Origin: Hydrolagus colliei
Taxonomy: Eukaryota
Assembly (NCBI GenBank): GCA_035084275.1
Contig: CM068755.1
Span: 12,400,001 to 12,464,000 of the forward strand
DNA: 64,000 nt
Direction: 5' to 3'
Shown here: piece by piece, positions 51,841 to 63,833 of the stretch
How the letters are laid out: each line of letters starts with the position of its first letter
Position numbering within the stretch: position 1 is the stretch's first letter
The notes under the pieces: generated by a model
Told to the model about the DNA's origin: nothing
The model's input: the letters and a program-made list of their open reading frames with translations, nothing else
The model's database searches: none
Position numbers and translations under genes: made by a program

Positions 51841-51902
51841 TGTGAATTGGTACTTGTGTCATCTTTGAGCAGAGTGACCAGGATGTGAAGTACCAATTCA
51901 CA
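51841..51902. repeat. 15-bp perfect inverted repeat with a 32-nt spacer
   Basis: tgtgaattggtactt (51841-51855) and aagtaccaattcaca (51888-51902). Confidence 0.85.
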
Positions 51903-52649
51903 CAAACATGAAATCCTACTTTATTTAGCATCCACTGAATCATTTTATTTTGAACAAACCACATTTAATCAATGTGTGCGTTATACCTAGAAAGATAGAA
52001 ACTCATATCTTGAAATCAATATTAATTAAGGTGATGAGATATGTAGCAATTGCATTCCACTGGATCATGCCTCCGTCTAAGTAATTTAGTGAAGAAAGTT
52101 AACCTCAGTGAGAATACCTTTCTCCTGGCTCATTATATTTCCTAACCAGTACACTTTTTGACTTCTTATAGAAGATTAACTACAAGCGGATGTCTTACAG
52201 ATTAATTTTAAGTGAGACATCTCATATTCTTGCCAAAATAACGTAACTTTCTAAGAGATGAGGGGGTTTAGGTTTCCTTGTTCTTTAATTATATGTCATA
52301 AAATGTGAGGCTTTCAGGATAATGAACTGAGCACCTGATCTTTAAGTTGGAAGACTCTTATTATGTTATAAGGGAGGACTTGCTTTCCTGACCACTGTGA
52401 TATACCTTATACCTGGGATAAAATACATTTGCATAGCACCTCCTTACCCTCCTTTTGAACTAACATTAATCTGACAAAATTACTAACTAAAATACATGTA
52501 TATAGTATATGTTTGTATTCTTTGATAGTACACTATATAGTTCTGATTTCTACATCTCAGATTTCTGTAATGCAATGAATTTGAAAACAGTTAACATTTA
52601 TTAATAAGTATTATTATATGTAATTATTATATGTGATCAACACACATAG

Positions 52650-53033
52650 GATTCAATTCAAGATCCTGGTCCTCACATTTTAAGCCCTCCATAGCATTGC
52701 CCCACCCTACCTCTGCGACCTCCAAAGCCCCTTACCAACCTGTCCGCTCCCTCAGCTCACCGAGCTCCGGCCTGCTCCATGTTCTCCAACTCACCCATCC
52801 GAACATTGGCAGGCGAGCCTTCAGCCATTCTCCCCCAACCTCTGGAATTCCATCCTGCAATCCTCCTTCAATTCCCTACTCTTCGAACGTGCCATTGTTC
52901 ACTCCCCTTCCCCACCCTTCCCTCCACCCTCCCTGATCCTGACCCCTACATGGCTCGAAAACACTGAGTGTCCAATGCCTTAGGACGTCCTCTTAATGTG
53001 AAAGGCGCTATGCAAATGTAATTTTGTTGTTGT
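52650..53033 (+). mobile_element. L2 LINE (family L2b) 3' fragment
   Basis: Encodes IQFKILVLTF*ALHSIAPPYLCDL..PYQPVRSLSS..SGLLHV..IGRRAFSH..LWNS across frameshifts. Tail is gtgaaaggcgctatgcaaatgtaattttgttgttg. Confidence 0.9.
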
Positions 53034-53834
53034 AAGGCTACTATATTTTAATACATATATTCCCTAATCATTTTTAGTTTTTCCAATTCCACGCCATTAG
53101 CCAACTTATCTGCAGATGACAGTTAATTTTCTTGCTCTTTTCCAAAGCTCAAATGTACCTTCTTGCCCCCCAAACCCTGAAAATAAAGAACTCACTTTCC
53201 AAATAATTCAATATGTGTATATATCTTTACACTATATAAGTAATATTGGGAGAACAGCTTGGAAATCTTAGATTCACACTGTTTTTCTGTGTCTTTTGTT
53301 TCAAATCCATATAAAATAACGATTTATTGTGGATAATCTTAACATTTTCCCAAAGCTTTGAAATAGACCTTGAAGCTTACACTAAGACTAAGTTTGCAGT
53401 ATAGTGCATTTTTTCTATTTAGATTAGAAACCACTTCATTGTTCCTATTTAGTCCATCTCCTCTTACATTCAATAGTGTTCAATAGTATTTCTCTGTATT
53501 GCTGATGCAATACAATTGGCTATGCCTACTATAGATCTATTATTGCATTCCAGTCATCTTCAATAATATGGAAAGTATTGAACAAAGACAAATCTGGAAT
53601 ACCTTTTAAAAGAGATGTGTAGACAACTTTCCTAAATAAAGATGATGCATCACTACAGGAAATCAAACTAATGGATGTATCAACTATTGTGCGTTAGTTG
53701 ATATTGTCTTATCAGTGCTTCCCTGTTAGCCACCAGCAAGCCTTCAGAGCTTCAAGGTTTTTTATTTGCCCTTGGGTGCAATAATCATTTTTGGAATAAA
53801 AGTTGCATTTAACAACCATGGATAACGCACAGTG

Positions 53835-54175
53835 AGTTTGAGCTCACAATAGGCTGACAAGCTAGTGCAGTGATGGGGAGTTTATTATTGTTTGATTTGC
53901 CATCCTTCGAAAGGAAATTTAAACTTATTTGCTGTCTGATTGTTTAGGTGGATAATTAAGGTCCCACTAATTAATTCCCATTTTAAAATAATGATAAAAT
54001 GGACCTATCGGAAAGAGAAAGGAGTTTCATCTAGTTTCCTGACCAACGATCACCCCAGATAAATTGATAACTTCATGGTGGTTTGTGAGACAGTACACTT
54101 GTGAAAAGTTGGCTGCAACAAATAGTCACTACATTTTACAGCAATTTCATATGAAGAGCTGTGAGATGTTTCAAT
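53835..54175 (+). mobile_element. DeuSINE (SacSINE1-like), old
   Basis: taggctgacaagctagtgcagtgatggggag..tgccatccttcga..taggtggata..aaggtccca..ggagtttc..ttcctgaccaa..gtttgtgagaca..ttggctgc, colinear with 42853-43211. Confidence 0.65.
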
Positions 54176-56083
54176 ATTATAGGTGCTGGATGTCATGACA
54201 TTTATTAGTGTGAAAGGTACACTAGGAAAGAGAGCCAAAATGTTGTATCATAGGCTGTAAAAATTAAATTCACTGGAATGTACCACACATATTGGAAGAA
54301 GGTTTTTATTAAAGGGAAATAATGAACAAACTTGTGATATTTGCCAACAATATCAAAAATCTTCCAAACAATTAACTATTCATTGTGTTGTTTCCATCTT
54401 CTCTTGAGAAATAATATACCTCGTCCATAAATGATCACTTAAGAATGCACTTGTCTTAATGATGTGGGAAATAGTAAACAATACAGAAGGTAAAAGGACA
54501 AAAGGTAACTGAGGAGGAGACTGCCACAATGATGTGATTCGTGAAGAAAGTCAAGTCAAATGCATGGTGCAAAGGAGGAACACAGCATGATGTTCTCTGG
54601 ACAAAGACAGGTAATGCAAGGGTCCTCCTAATATATTAAATTATGTACTGCACATCATGTATCAAATCACTTTATTGTACTTCCATTTCATGTGTATTTT
54701 CTAGAACAGTGTGACCATGTCTATAAATAAAGTCTATGCACGACCTTTTACAATCAACACAATGAGAGAAATCTGACATTGAATATTATCCTTGAATTCT
54801 GTCTCTACAGTAACGATGGACTTTACATTTGATATGCAATACAGTTGATTAATTGAAATTCACCTGTCATTCATTTATAGCAGGGGCTTTCATTTGGAAA
54901 CTTTATTGACCAAAGATGTTTCTTCAGTCAACAAAGTTGGGAGTTTTCAACAGTTTTAGAAAGTGGTTGATCAACAACAGCCTCTTCAATACCACTTAGA
55001 AGAAAACTAACACTTGGTTTTAAAGTTCTGGATACAGAAATGTTTGGCCGCTAATGGCTGCAGTGTGATCAAAACTGAGAAGTATATTGTTTAGCAACTA
55101 GCATTCCAAATACTGTGTGACATATTGAGCTCTGAAAGAACATAACAACATTTGGGTTGAAATAAACTCTCAATGGCCATTCTTCTGAGATTGAGAATGC
55201 AGAGAATCACCGTCTATGTACTGTACTGATGGTTTTACACAGTTACCAGTCGGTGGCAAATAGCAGGTTGCTTTTTCAAAGTACTGTACTTGGAGCATTA
55301 TTTTTCCTAAATTGTATTTTGCGCCATTAATTAATTACAGCCATTAATCTTCATTGCTCATGTGGAAAACCACCAATTAATCCAAAAATGAAAGGATAAA
55401 AATAATCCAGTAAAAACTTTGCATTAATTTTCTTGAACCCTAAACATGTGTAATTACTGTATAGGTACAGTTGATTATAATTCCTAATTTTTATGAGTAC
55501 ATTTGCCCTAAATCCCATTTTATATAAAACAGCCATAATTTTTTACAACTATTCTAAGTTAATATAAAAGAGGGGTGTATTTGTGTTTTGCAGTTCAAGG
55601 AGTCCGTATGATTTCAACAAACTGACTAGAAAAAATAATATTATGTTGTACACCTAAAGGCATAGTAACAAATATTACTTGAATAATTATAATTCTACTC
55701 TATTTTGATGAATTACCAGCCATGGGCAAGACAACTACCAGTTACAAATGTCAAGTACTGGAAGACCTAAACATCATGAGATGTTTCATTGGCCGAGCAA
55801 AGTGCGCCTTATATCAAGTCTCCCTAATTCTTTTTTAAATGTCTTGCATTGCTCTGATATTTATGGCGTTTTATAGTATGCAAGCTCCCCCTACCTTATC
55901 TTCTTCCCCTTAATCTTCATTCTATTCCCTCAACATATGAGACAACTTTTCCGGAGGCAGCAGGTAGGCAGATGAATATGAACAGTGAGCATGTTTACAC
56001 TGCATTCAAAGTGTGGTTAGTATTAAAACTGATCGGGAATCAAATGACTTGAGGCTGAGGATGCTCTCACTTCCTTGAGCTCC

Positions 56084-56147
56084 ACAACAACAACAAAATT
56101 ACATTTATAGAGCGCCTTTCACATCAGGAGGACATCCCAAGGCACTC
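56084..56147 (-). mobile_element. L2b tail only (young)
   Basis: aacaacaacaaaattacatttatagagcgcctttcacatcaggaggacatcccaaggcact. Confidence 0.8.
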
Positions 56148-56169
56148 TACTGTGAACATATTGGCTTGA

Positions 56170-56383
56170 AAAGGGAAAGGAGTTTTTTTCAGTGTCCTAG
56201 CCAATGATCTTCCAATAAAAGGTCATATACCCTCACAGTTGTTTGCAGGACTTCGCTATGCGTAAATTGACAGCCACTATCACCTACAAATACCAACACT
56301 GCACTTTACTGTAAATCTTGTAACACAGTTTGAGATGTTTCAATGACTTTGTAAGGCATGATATCAAATGCAAAATATATTAT
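56170..56383 (+). mobile_element. DeuSINE-like 3' half
   Basis: ggagtttttttcagtgtcctagccaat..gtttgcaggacttcgctatgcgtaaattgacagcc..tttgagatgtt..atatcaaatgcaa. Confidence 0.65.
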
Positions 56384-56948
56384 GTTATTTCTGCCTTACT
56401 GTGGAGAATACAAAATTTTCACCATGTGGATCATAGATTGCCCTTTGGTTATAATTTCTGGGCTCATATTAACAAATATGGGACAAGTGTCAACAGGGAC
56501 ATAACATAGGAACACACATTTTCCACCCCTGTTTAGCTTCTATTTCTTAAATGTGAATCTTGAGGCCTCAAAAAATCTGATTTAACTCACAGCTAAGGTT
56601 TTTCAAATGCCATTTTGTTCCTGACCTCGTTTATTAGAAATTAAATCTGACTTGATACTAAAGGTCAAGTGATTCATTTGCATAATTACATGCAATATCC
56701 CATTGGATGGTTAACATGGTACTGGGCCATAAATTCAGATGTGAAAAGTAGTAAATTGCACATTAGTATTTGGCTCATAATTGCAAGTAATGATCCTGCA
56801 TTTATTGCCCAAATGGCCCTTAACAGGCATATGCGTGTTTCTGCAATACAATGGGAATTAGACTAAATGTTATTTTCTTTCCCTACTTGAACATCTCTTT
56901 TGCTGAAATTGGAAGCTTTGGTCAAGATGCATTAGTCAGCTGAATTTA

Positions 56949-57257
56949 TGTTCTGTAGCTCAGTGGTAAAAACACTCATCTTACAATTGTGAGACCTGTG
57001 TTTGAATACAGGCAGGTCAGGGCGAAACCTTAGACAAGTTTCCTTACTCCACATGCCTAATAATAATCCCGAAAAAAACCACAATAATAAAATTGGTCAT
57101 TTCAATTGTTTGTGGGACACTGCTGTGCACAATTGGCTGCCACGTTTTGCCCAAAATATACAGTTAATTCACTTTACAGTATATTCTGTGATGTGCTTTG
57201 AGATGTCTAGAAGATGTGAAAAGCGCTATATCAAATGCAAGGATTATTATTATTATT
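56949..57257 (+). mobile_element. Full-length tRNA-headed SINE with L2-type tail
   Basis: A-box tagctcagtggtaa, middle ggtcagggcgaaaccttagacaagtttccttactccac, tail gtgaaaagcgctatatcaaatgcaaggattattattatt. Confidence 0.9.
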
Positions 57258-57430
57258 ATATACTATTATTAAGTTGTGCAGGAGAAATTAACACAGATTG
57301 AGGAATTGCACTTTGATTAACATCCCTGGGCTCATATTAACATGATGTGGTTCAAAGGTTCCAATGCAATTCTCACTGTTGCCCCAGCATCACCACAACT
57401 GAATCCCACAAAATAGGAACTATTGAGGAA

Positions 57431-57533
57431 ACAACAATAACAACAACTTTGATTTATATCGCGCGCTCCACGCCGGATGGCGTCTCAGAGCGCTTCACAA
57501 TAATGGATCCCGAGCCTGAGCCAGGGGATAGAG
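57431..57533 (-). mobile_element. L2 3' UTR and tail (same family as 29492-30272)
   Basis: caacaactttgatttatatcgcgcgctccacgccggatggcgtctcagagcgcttcaca..ggatcccg..ctgagccagggg aligns with the reverse complement of 30175-30272. Confidence 0.85.
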
Positions 57534-57913
57534 TTGAGAAAGGAAAGAAAATGAGAAGGAGGTACTTCTCCTCAGATGTGCAAACTACCCTCCAGTTTAC
57601 CTTCGCTTTGATCCTGAGCCTGAGATGTTGTCTTGGGTTTATTTCCCACGAGGTTTTCTCCCTCTGCAAATAGAGAATCTCCACATCTCAGCTTTACTTT
57701 ATTTTACACATTTTTTAAAACTTTTTTTAAGCTTTCATTTTATTTCTCCCAAGGTGAAAGGCTCTACACATGTAACTTTATTGTTGTTGTCATATTGCTA
57801 AAGTGTTGTCATTCTGCTCAACCTTTACCCAAATATGAATTCCATCACTGATTGGAAATATGCAAGCAGCTTCCTTGATCAGCATGTCAGGATTAAAGCC
57901 TTTACAACATTTT

Positions 57914-57951
57914 TTTCTAGGCACTAGTTAAATTTCTAGGCGCTAGTTAAA
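57914..57951. repeat. 19-bp tandem duplication
   Basis: tttctaggcactagttaaa followed by tttctaggcgctagttaaa. Confidence 0.85.
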
Positions 57952-58788
57952 AGTACGACCCCTTGTTTTTTCCATTTCAGTGGCAACAATGTGATGCTGC
58001 CCACAAACGGTTAACTAAGAATGTAGCACAGCTCCCAAATGTTTGATAACCACTTTGTAACCACTAAACAAGAATCAGTTGCACATTGTAATTACATCTG
58101 CTTAAACACTGTTTCTGTTCAATTCTGTAGTTTTTAAATTTTTCGTGAGAATGCAAAGTAGGTGTTTGGAAATAAAACATATATATACTTCGCTTACAGA
58201 GGTCAACACAATACTTACTGAGTTTGACACACATAGTCATCCCACCAATATGCCACTTTTTTGTTTGAAAAAGAGATTGTGCAATAATTCATGTTTGCTC
58301 GAAATGCAAAGGTATTGAAGGATTGTGCAAAGGATTACAGGTGCAGGCTGAATAAGACTAACAACAGTCTTTGTAGCAGACCTGGATAAACCTGAATCTT
58401 AATATAAAATGCAGGTTTTGTTTTACCTGAGAAATAATATCAGCACTGTTGGTTTTTCAACTACCATTGTGAATTTTCGATTCAAACAAATGAAATTGGT
58501 ATTCGAAAACTATTTCATTCTCAATTGTTTAGATATTGAGAACTGCTAGATCTGCAGGGAAATTCCTTCCTACATTAATTGAGGGTAGTTGCCCACATTT
58601 AAACCTTGGAAATCTAGTACACAATAGGAAGCCAATTGATCCATTGTATTAATGTTGGTGTTTGCTCCTCCAATGAAGTCATCTATCCTAATCCCAATGC
58701 TCTGCTCTTTCCCTGTGTCCTTTAATACCCTTCCTCTGTATATGTTTATCTGATCCCCTGTAAGACTTGCACAAGATTCAGACTGCTT

Positions 58789-58836
58789 AATTGTCAATGC
58801 CAATTGCACAGTTTGGTGCAATTGGCATTGACAATT
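58789..58836. repeat. Perfect 21-bp hairpin with a 6-nt loop
   Basis: aattgtcaatgccaattgcac-agtttg-gtgcaattggcattgacaatt. Confidence 0.95.
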
Positions 58837-59566
58837 TTTTTACACCAAAATTTCACCACTCACATAATTCTCAGAGCTCCCACTTAAAGTTATGGTGATT
58901 GCGCTGAGCGAATATTGCCGATCGTAGTATAATATGTAATAATAACACCCATTATTCGACAAACTGATGCTGACATAAAAAATAATTCTAGTGCATGTCA
59001 TGCCACAAGATGTGCTAAAAGCAAGAGGGTAAATTTGTTTCCCAACCAATGGTCTTTTCCCCCCTTGATATAAACAAAGAAACAAGCCTGAAATTGACAC
59101 AAGTGACTTTCAGGGCACTTGCGAAATGGGATAGTTCAAGTATATTTGGGCTGATTTATTTTGGCCATCAGATTTCAGAAGATATTCTGGGCTTTCATGG
59201 CCGGTGCAGTGTCACCAATCCACCCTTGTGAGTTGCATCCTCTTCTCACTTCAACGTGGCACTAACATCATCTGGTCGGTGGTACTCTCAGCGATGAGGA
59301 CTCGCCCATTTCCATTTCCTCCTCCTTTGTACCCAAATCCTGTGCTGGCGCTCACAGGATGGAATCAAATCCAGCTTTTGACAATATTTATCCTGTTGGG
59401 CACCACACAGGAACCTGCAGTAAAGTCTTCTTCCTATTTTCCCAAACTTCTGTGGAAATAATAATGTCATCAAATTATTTCTCGTGGCTCTTTATTGGCA
59501 GCAGGATTTGTTTAAAAAACAAAAATTCTCTCCCAAATGGGCAAGTTAGTTAGTTTGTGGGATTTT

Positions 59567-59592
59567 CTCTCTCTCTCTCTCTCTCTCTCTCT
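59567..59592. repeat. (CT)n microsatellite
   Basis: Direct reading of the sequence. Confidence 0.9.
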
Positions 59593-60074
59593 AGAATTCC
59601 TGGAGTTTTAATGAAACCCTGTGTTACACCTGCCCTGACATTGATAGAACGCATAAAACATATGCAGGTTGTCCATCACACGAAAACAAGTGAATTTTTT
59701 CAATTGATTTGTTTGAAATCAATTGTGTGCGTTAAGCGACGAAATACCAGTGAAATAAAATATTGTTACGAAGCTTCGCATGGTAATGTATGCAGAAATC
59801 ATGTCCGTGGTTACATTGAAATATGTTTACTGCTCAGAAGGTGGAGTCGTGGAAACAGAAAACTCTACAGCATTAAGATGAACATTTATGTGAATGTAGG
59901 ACACGATTAAACGCCTAGTTCACTCCCGACTGCAACCACAATATTATTGGTTTTCCACATTAAACACTGCCAGGGAGACGGTGACATTATATATATTTTT
60001 TTAACGGTGGCGTTTCATTCGCTCTGCATTCAGGAATTCGCCCAAAATCAGAACATTAGGAGTTGACAAACGCA

Positions 60075-60110
60075 GAGAGAGAGAGAGAGAGAGAAAGGGA
60101 AAGAGAGAGA
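60075..60110. repeat. (GA)n microsatellite
   Basis: Direct reading of the sequence. Confidence 0.9.
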
Positions 60111-60169
60111 AAGTGAGATGAAACAGATCTCTCAATAACCTTTTTTTTATAACCCCCACCGCCCTCGAA

Positions 60170-60790
60170 AAAAAATCCAGTTCATTAATGGAAGAATTAT
60201 CAATTCCGTCTTATGGGATAACAAAGATATGGATACCTAAATCGATACAGAATTGATTTTTTTTCACACAGGCAGCCAGTTTCTACATAAGCTGATGACT
60301 TTATATTAGGTGACTGTGGCTCGCTGACCCTCAAATCTCCTTTGATGCTGTAAGATAGCGGCATGAACCAGGCGAGGAGGGGGATCAGAGGATGGGTTTG
60401 AAACGCTCAAGCTGAAGCCGCCTCTGATGAGGGTGTCGTGTGACAAAAGTCCATGTATTATTTCCACGGGAGAAGAAAGGAGGCCAATGCGGTGGCATTA
60501 GCTGATAGAGATGTCAGAGCTGCTTGAGTAATCTCATGACGCCTTAGACCAGCGAGGGGGCAGAATGGGATTGCAATTGGCGTGGTGTGACGAGAGAGAC
60601 CACCCTGCCTTAAACCTGTGAGGGGCAGGCATTTGGACAAATCAAAGCAGAAGAAAGTAATTTTCAATAAATTAAAGAAATCTCCATGGAAATTAGCATG
60701 AAACACTTTATAATCTTCAGCTTTTCATTGCCGACAAGGGTCACTGGTTTAAGTTATCTCTCTTTCTTAATTATTCCCCGGCAGAATATG
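60170..60790. promoter_or_regulatory. Candidate conserved enhancer / CNE
   Basis: Repeat-free and CpG-retaining. Motifs: CATTAATG 60183, SOX-type AACAAAG 60220, Onecut-type AAATCGATA 60239, TCF/LEF-type CCTTTGATG 60339 and ATCAAAG 60641, CCAAT 60484, POU-type ATTAGCAT 60692. Confidence 0.5.
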
Positions 60791-60819
60791 GGAGTTCTTT
60801 CTCCTCTGTTTGATTTTAT

Positions 60820-60870
60820 TTCTCTCTCTCTCTCTAACTCACTCACGCTCCCCTCTCTCTCTCTCTCTCT
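60820..60870. repeat. Interrupted (CT)n microsatellite
   Basis: Direct reading of the sequence. Confidence 0.85.
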
Positions 60871-61419
60871 CTTTTTTACTTTGATTGTCAACACCATTAA
60901 GCACACAGTTGACACTGTGCTTTTAACCTGTTGCTAACCAACCTAATAAACTCCACACCCATATTATATATATATATTTATTAAAAATGGCAATGTTATA
61001 AATGAACTGATCCGCACACACACACACGTTTTTATTACACTGACCTACCCATACAATAAATAAAAGACACACACATGCCTGGTGGAGGGAATGTTGTTTC
61101 GTTTTTCATTTTATCAAACAAAATATTGAAATAATGACAAACCTTTGGAAATACGCTGTCACATTAATACTCAAAACTCAAACCCCTTTCTGTTACCGAC
61201 TGGACTCCCAGTGGAACGATTTCACAAGAGAGTCGGTTTGACAGCACTCCCACTTCCACTGCTATGGGATCTGAAGCACTCACCCTTCTTGCAGTGTGAT
61301 CCCCACACTACAGGGCTCACTGGTGCCACATTCTTAATGATACGAAATTACAACTTAGCAATCCTTCCCTTGTGGGCAGACTTTATTTTGTAAAGGCCAA
61401 AGAGGAGGAAGGTGATTAT

Positions 61420-61930
61420 AAGTCTTTGTTAAGTGAGCCACTTGGCACTTTGCAGTGCATAAATAGTTCTCTCGGAATATTTATTTGCAGTATTTAAATT
61501 AAATTGCTCAAATTAATACTGAACACTTTAATCCTGATCACCTGCTGAAACTGAAAGGACAGCGAATATTGTACGTGTGCCAGTCAAAACACTCTATTAA
61601 ATAAGAGTGACCAGCGCTGAGCAAATTGTTAAAGAATAAATCAGTCCATCTGACAAATGGAAACAAGGATTCAGTCTCTGACAGTAACTCATGCCAGGAA
61701 ATAATAACTTTGCCGAGGATTATACAAACCGACTCGGGGTTTGCGGGAAAGGAGTTTCTTTTTCTGGAAAGCAAAGTTCAATTGAATCACGTTCTGGAAT
61801 ATAGGGATGGCATTTCCAATCTTCCATAACGCATTCTTTGTTGCGATTAATGGTAGTGATTCTGAGCGTTTATAATCCTGCAAAACAAAGGCAAACTGAG
61901 TAAACTTCGACTTGCACACTCAGAGGGAAA
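61420..61930. promoter_or_regulatory. Candidate conserved enhancer / CNE
   Basis: Repeat-free and CpG-retaining. TAATCC/GGATTA at 61529, 61717 and 61873, E-box CACCTG at 61539, AACAAAG at 61884. Confidence 0.45.
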
Positions 61931-63727
61931 AAAAAGCAATTTAGAAGAAGTTTTTTTTCCCCTCGCTTTGGTACTTAGTCCTGTTAAGACAACACGTTCT
62001 TGCTAATTCTGAGTGAAGTCAGAGCTGCTATGTACACACACACACACACATATTTTTCTGTTCTCCGCTATATGTCAGATGGCTGGGCACCGAAACAGCC
62101 GGTTAAAATGAAAATGACAGTTTAAAATGCTGTAGTAAGTCACCGTTTAATGTTACTTCAGTTAAATCCAATGAAATATCACAAATGATTATGTGGAATT
62201 GCGTTCAAGTGTACATTACTGAAAAGTTTGTTGGATGTTATTATGAACAGCTAATACATTAAGCACTAATTAACTCTAGCACAGACCTTCAGGTGTTGAG
62301 AAAATTAAAATAAACCTGTACAGTTGCACTAAGTCTATTTGAATATCCTTCTGCTCCCACTTTGCACCATTAGTACCTTCAAATATATCTACAGAGCTAC
62401 TATACAAAGAGAAAAGAATTGAGACAGCGTGACGGTAGATTAATAGCAATCCAGCTCCTTCAGCACGTTCCGAAGGTACCAAGAAACTATGGATTCAGAT
62501 ATTTCAGTGAAAAATATGGGAATGATACACAATTAATAAATAAAAACCAATTTTTTTTAAAAAGCAAGGTTTAAATTATGTGCACACAGTGTTTATTAAC
62601 CCACGTGTTCACTATTCACGATTTACATAAACCAAATCTGAGCATTAATTTTTTGAATATTAAAAACATTTCAACATGTATGTGTGAGCTAATAGCTTGT
62701 GTTAATGAGATTTTCAGTTAAAGTTAATATGTATTCAGCCGTAAATTTATTCTCTTACACTCCGGGGTTTGATAATACGAAGGATACAATATAGATAGCA
62801 CTTTGCTCAGCAGAAAGAATACATTCATAATCTAAGTATTTAGCATATTTAATGGTAAAACTGTTGTCAAGAAAAGCTGCACCAGGTAGGATGTAACATA
62901 TAAAATATGAAATGTGATTTGTTTTTATGTGTACGTCATTCTACATCTCCGCAAAGAAAATTAATGATTTAGAAAATTTAAATGCAGTGGTTTTATTAAA
63001 ATAACTTGTGTTCAGGATACTGCAGTACCCATTATTGTAACTCTCAAACAAATACGACAAATTACGACTAAACATACGACAAAAAGCATTGAACCTCGCC
63101 TATCTGTTTTTACTGTTTTCTGAAGATTTCCAGAGCAAATTCTTAATTTATCAACTATGATTTCTAAAGGTAAAATATAGACAAAATTCATTTGATTTAG
63201 TTTATCCAAGTTAGGAATATTTAAACCTAACTATCTTAAAGGTATGTTTGCCTCCTCTCTTTAGACTCATCCCATTGTGTGTTTCAGTCTTCACTAACTT
63301 CAGTAACATAATAATATGGGCACAAGCCAATTGCTTATTAAAGCGGGTAATAATCCCACAATAATATGATAATAGGCAAAATTTGTAGAAATTGGTTAAA
63401 AAAAGCTAGAATTCCATATGAAAAATTATTTACAGATAAAAGTTGCAACAACACTAAAGTTATTGATCATTTGACATGAAAACATAGAATTAATTAATGC
63501 AGCATCTTAAAAAAGGGCTGTTATAATGTACAAGGTTAGAGCTTCCATAATCAAAGGATAAACTATATGAAATACTAACAGTACCACATAATATGTCTGT
63601 CACTGAATTACAATGGGTCTTACTGCATCTACAGCTGAAATAGCTGGAAAAATATACATGTTTTATTAGTCATTTGCAACACTATAATATATAGATGTGA
63701 GTTTCTGTACGTTTGTAACGTTGTATT

Positions 63728-63833
63728 TGCTTGCCCACAAATTACACAGTCACTACACTTTACAGTACGAGTATTCTGAAATGTCTTCCCAAAGTGAAAG
63801 GCTCCATGTCAAATGCGAGGATTATTTATTATT
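63728..63833 (+). mobile_element. SINE 3' fragment
   Basis: ttgcccacaaattacacagtcactacactttacagt..gtgaaaggctccatgtcaaatgcgaggattatttatt. Confidence 0.65.

Noticed and set aside
58802-58823. miR-363/367-like seed (aattgcac) in the perfect hairpin
   Set aside because: The seed sits next to the loop, so a mature miRNA would span the loop, and the remaining sequence does not match those miRNAs.
60424-60455. Hammerhead ribozyme core CTGATGA
   Set aside because: No stem II closed by GAAA follows, and stems I and III are absent.
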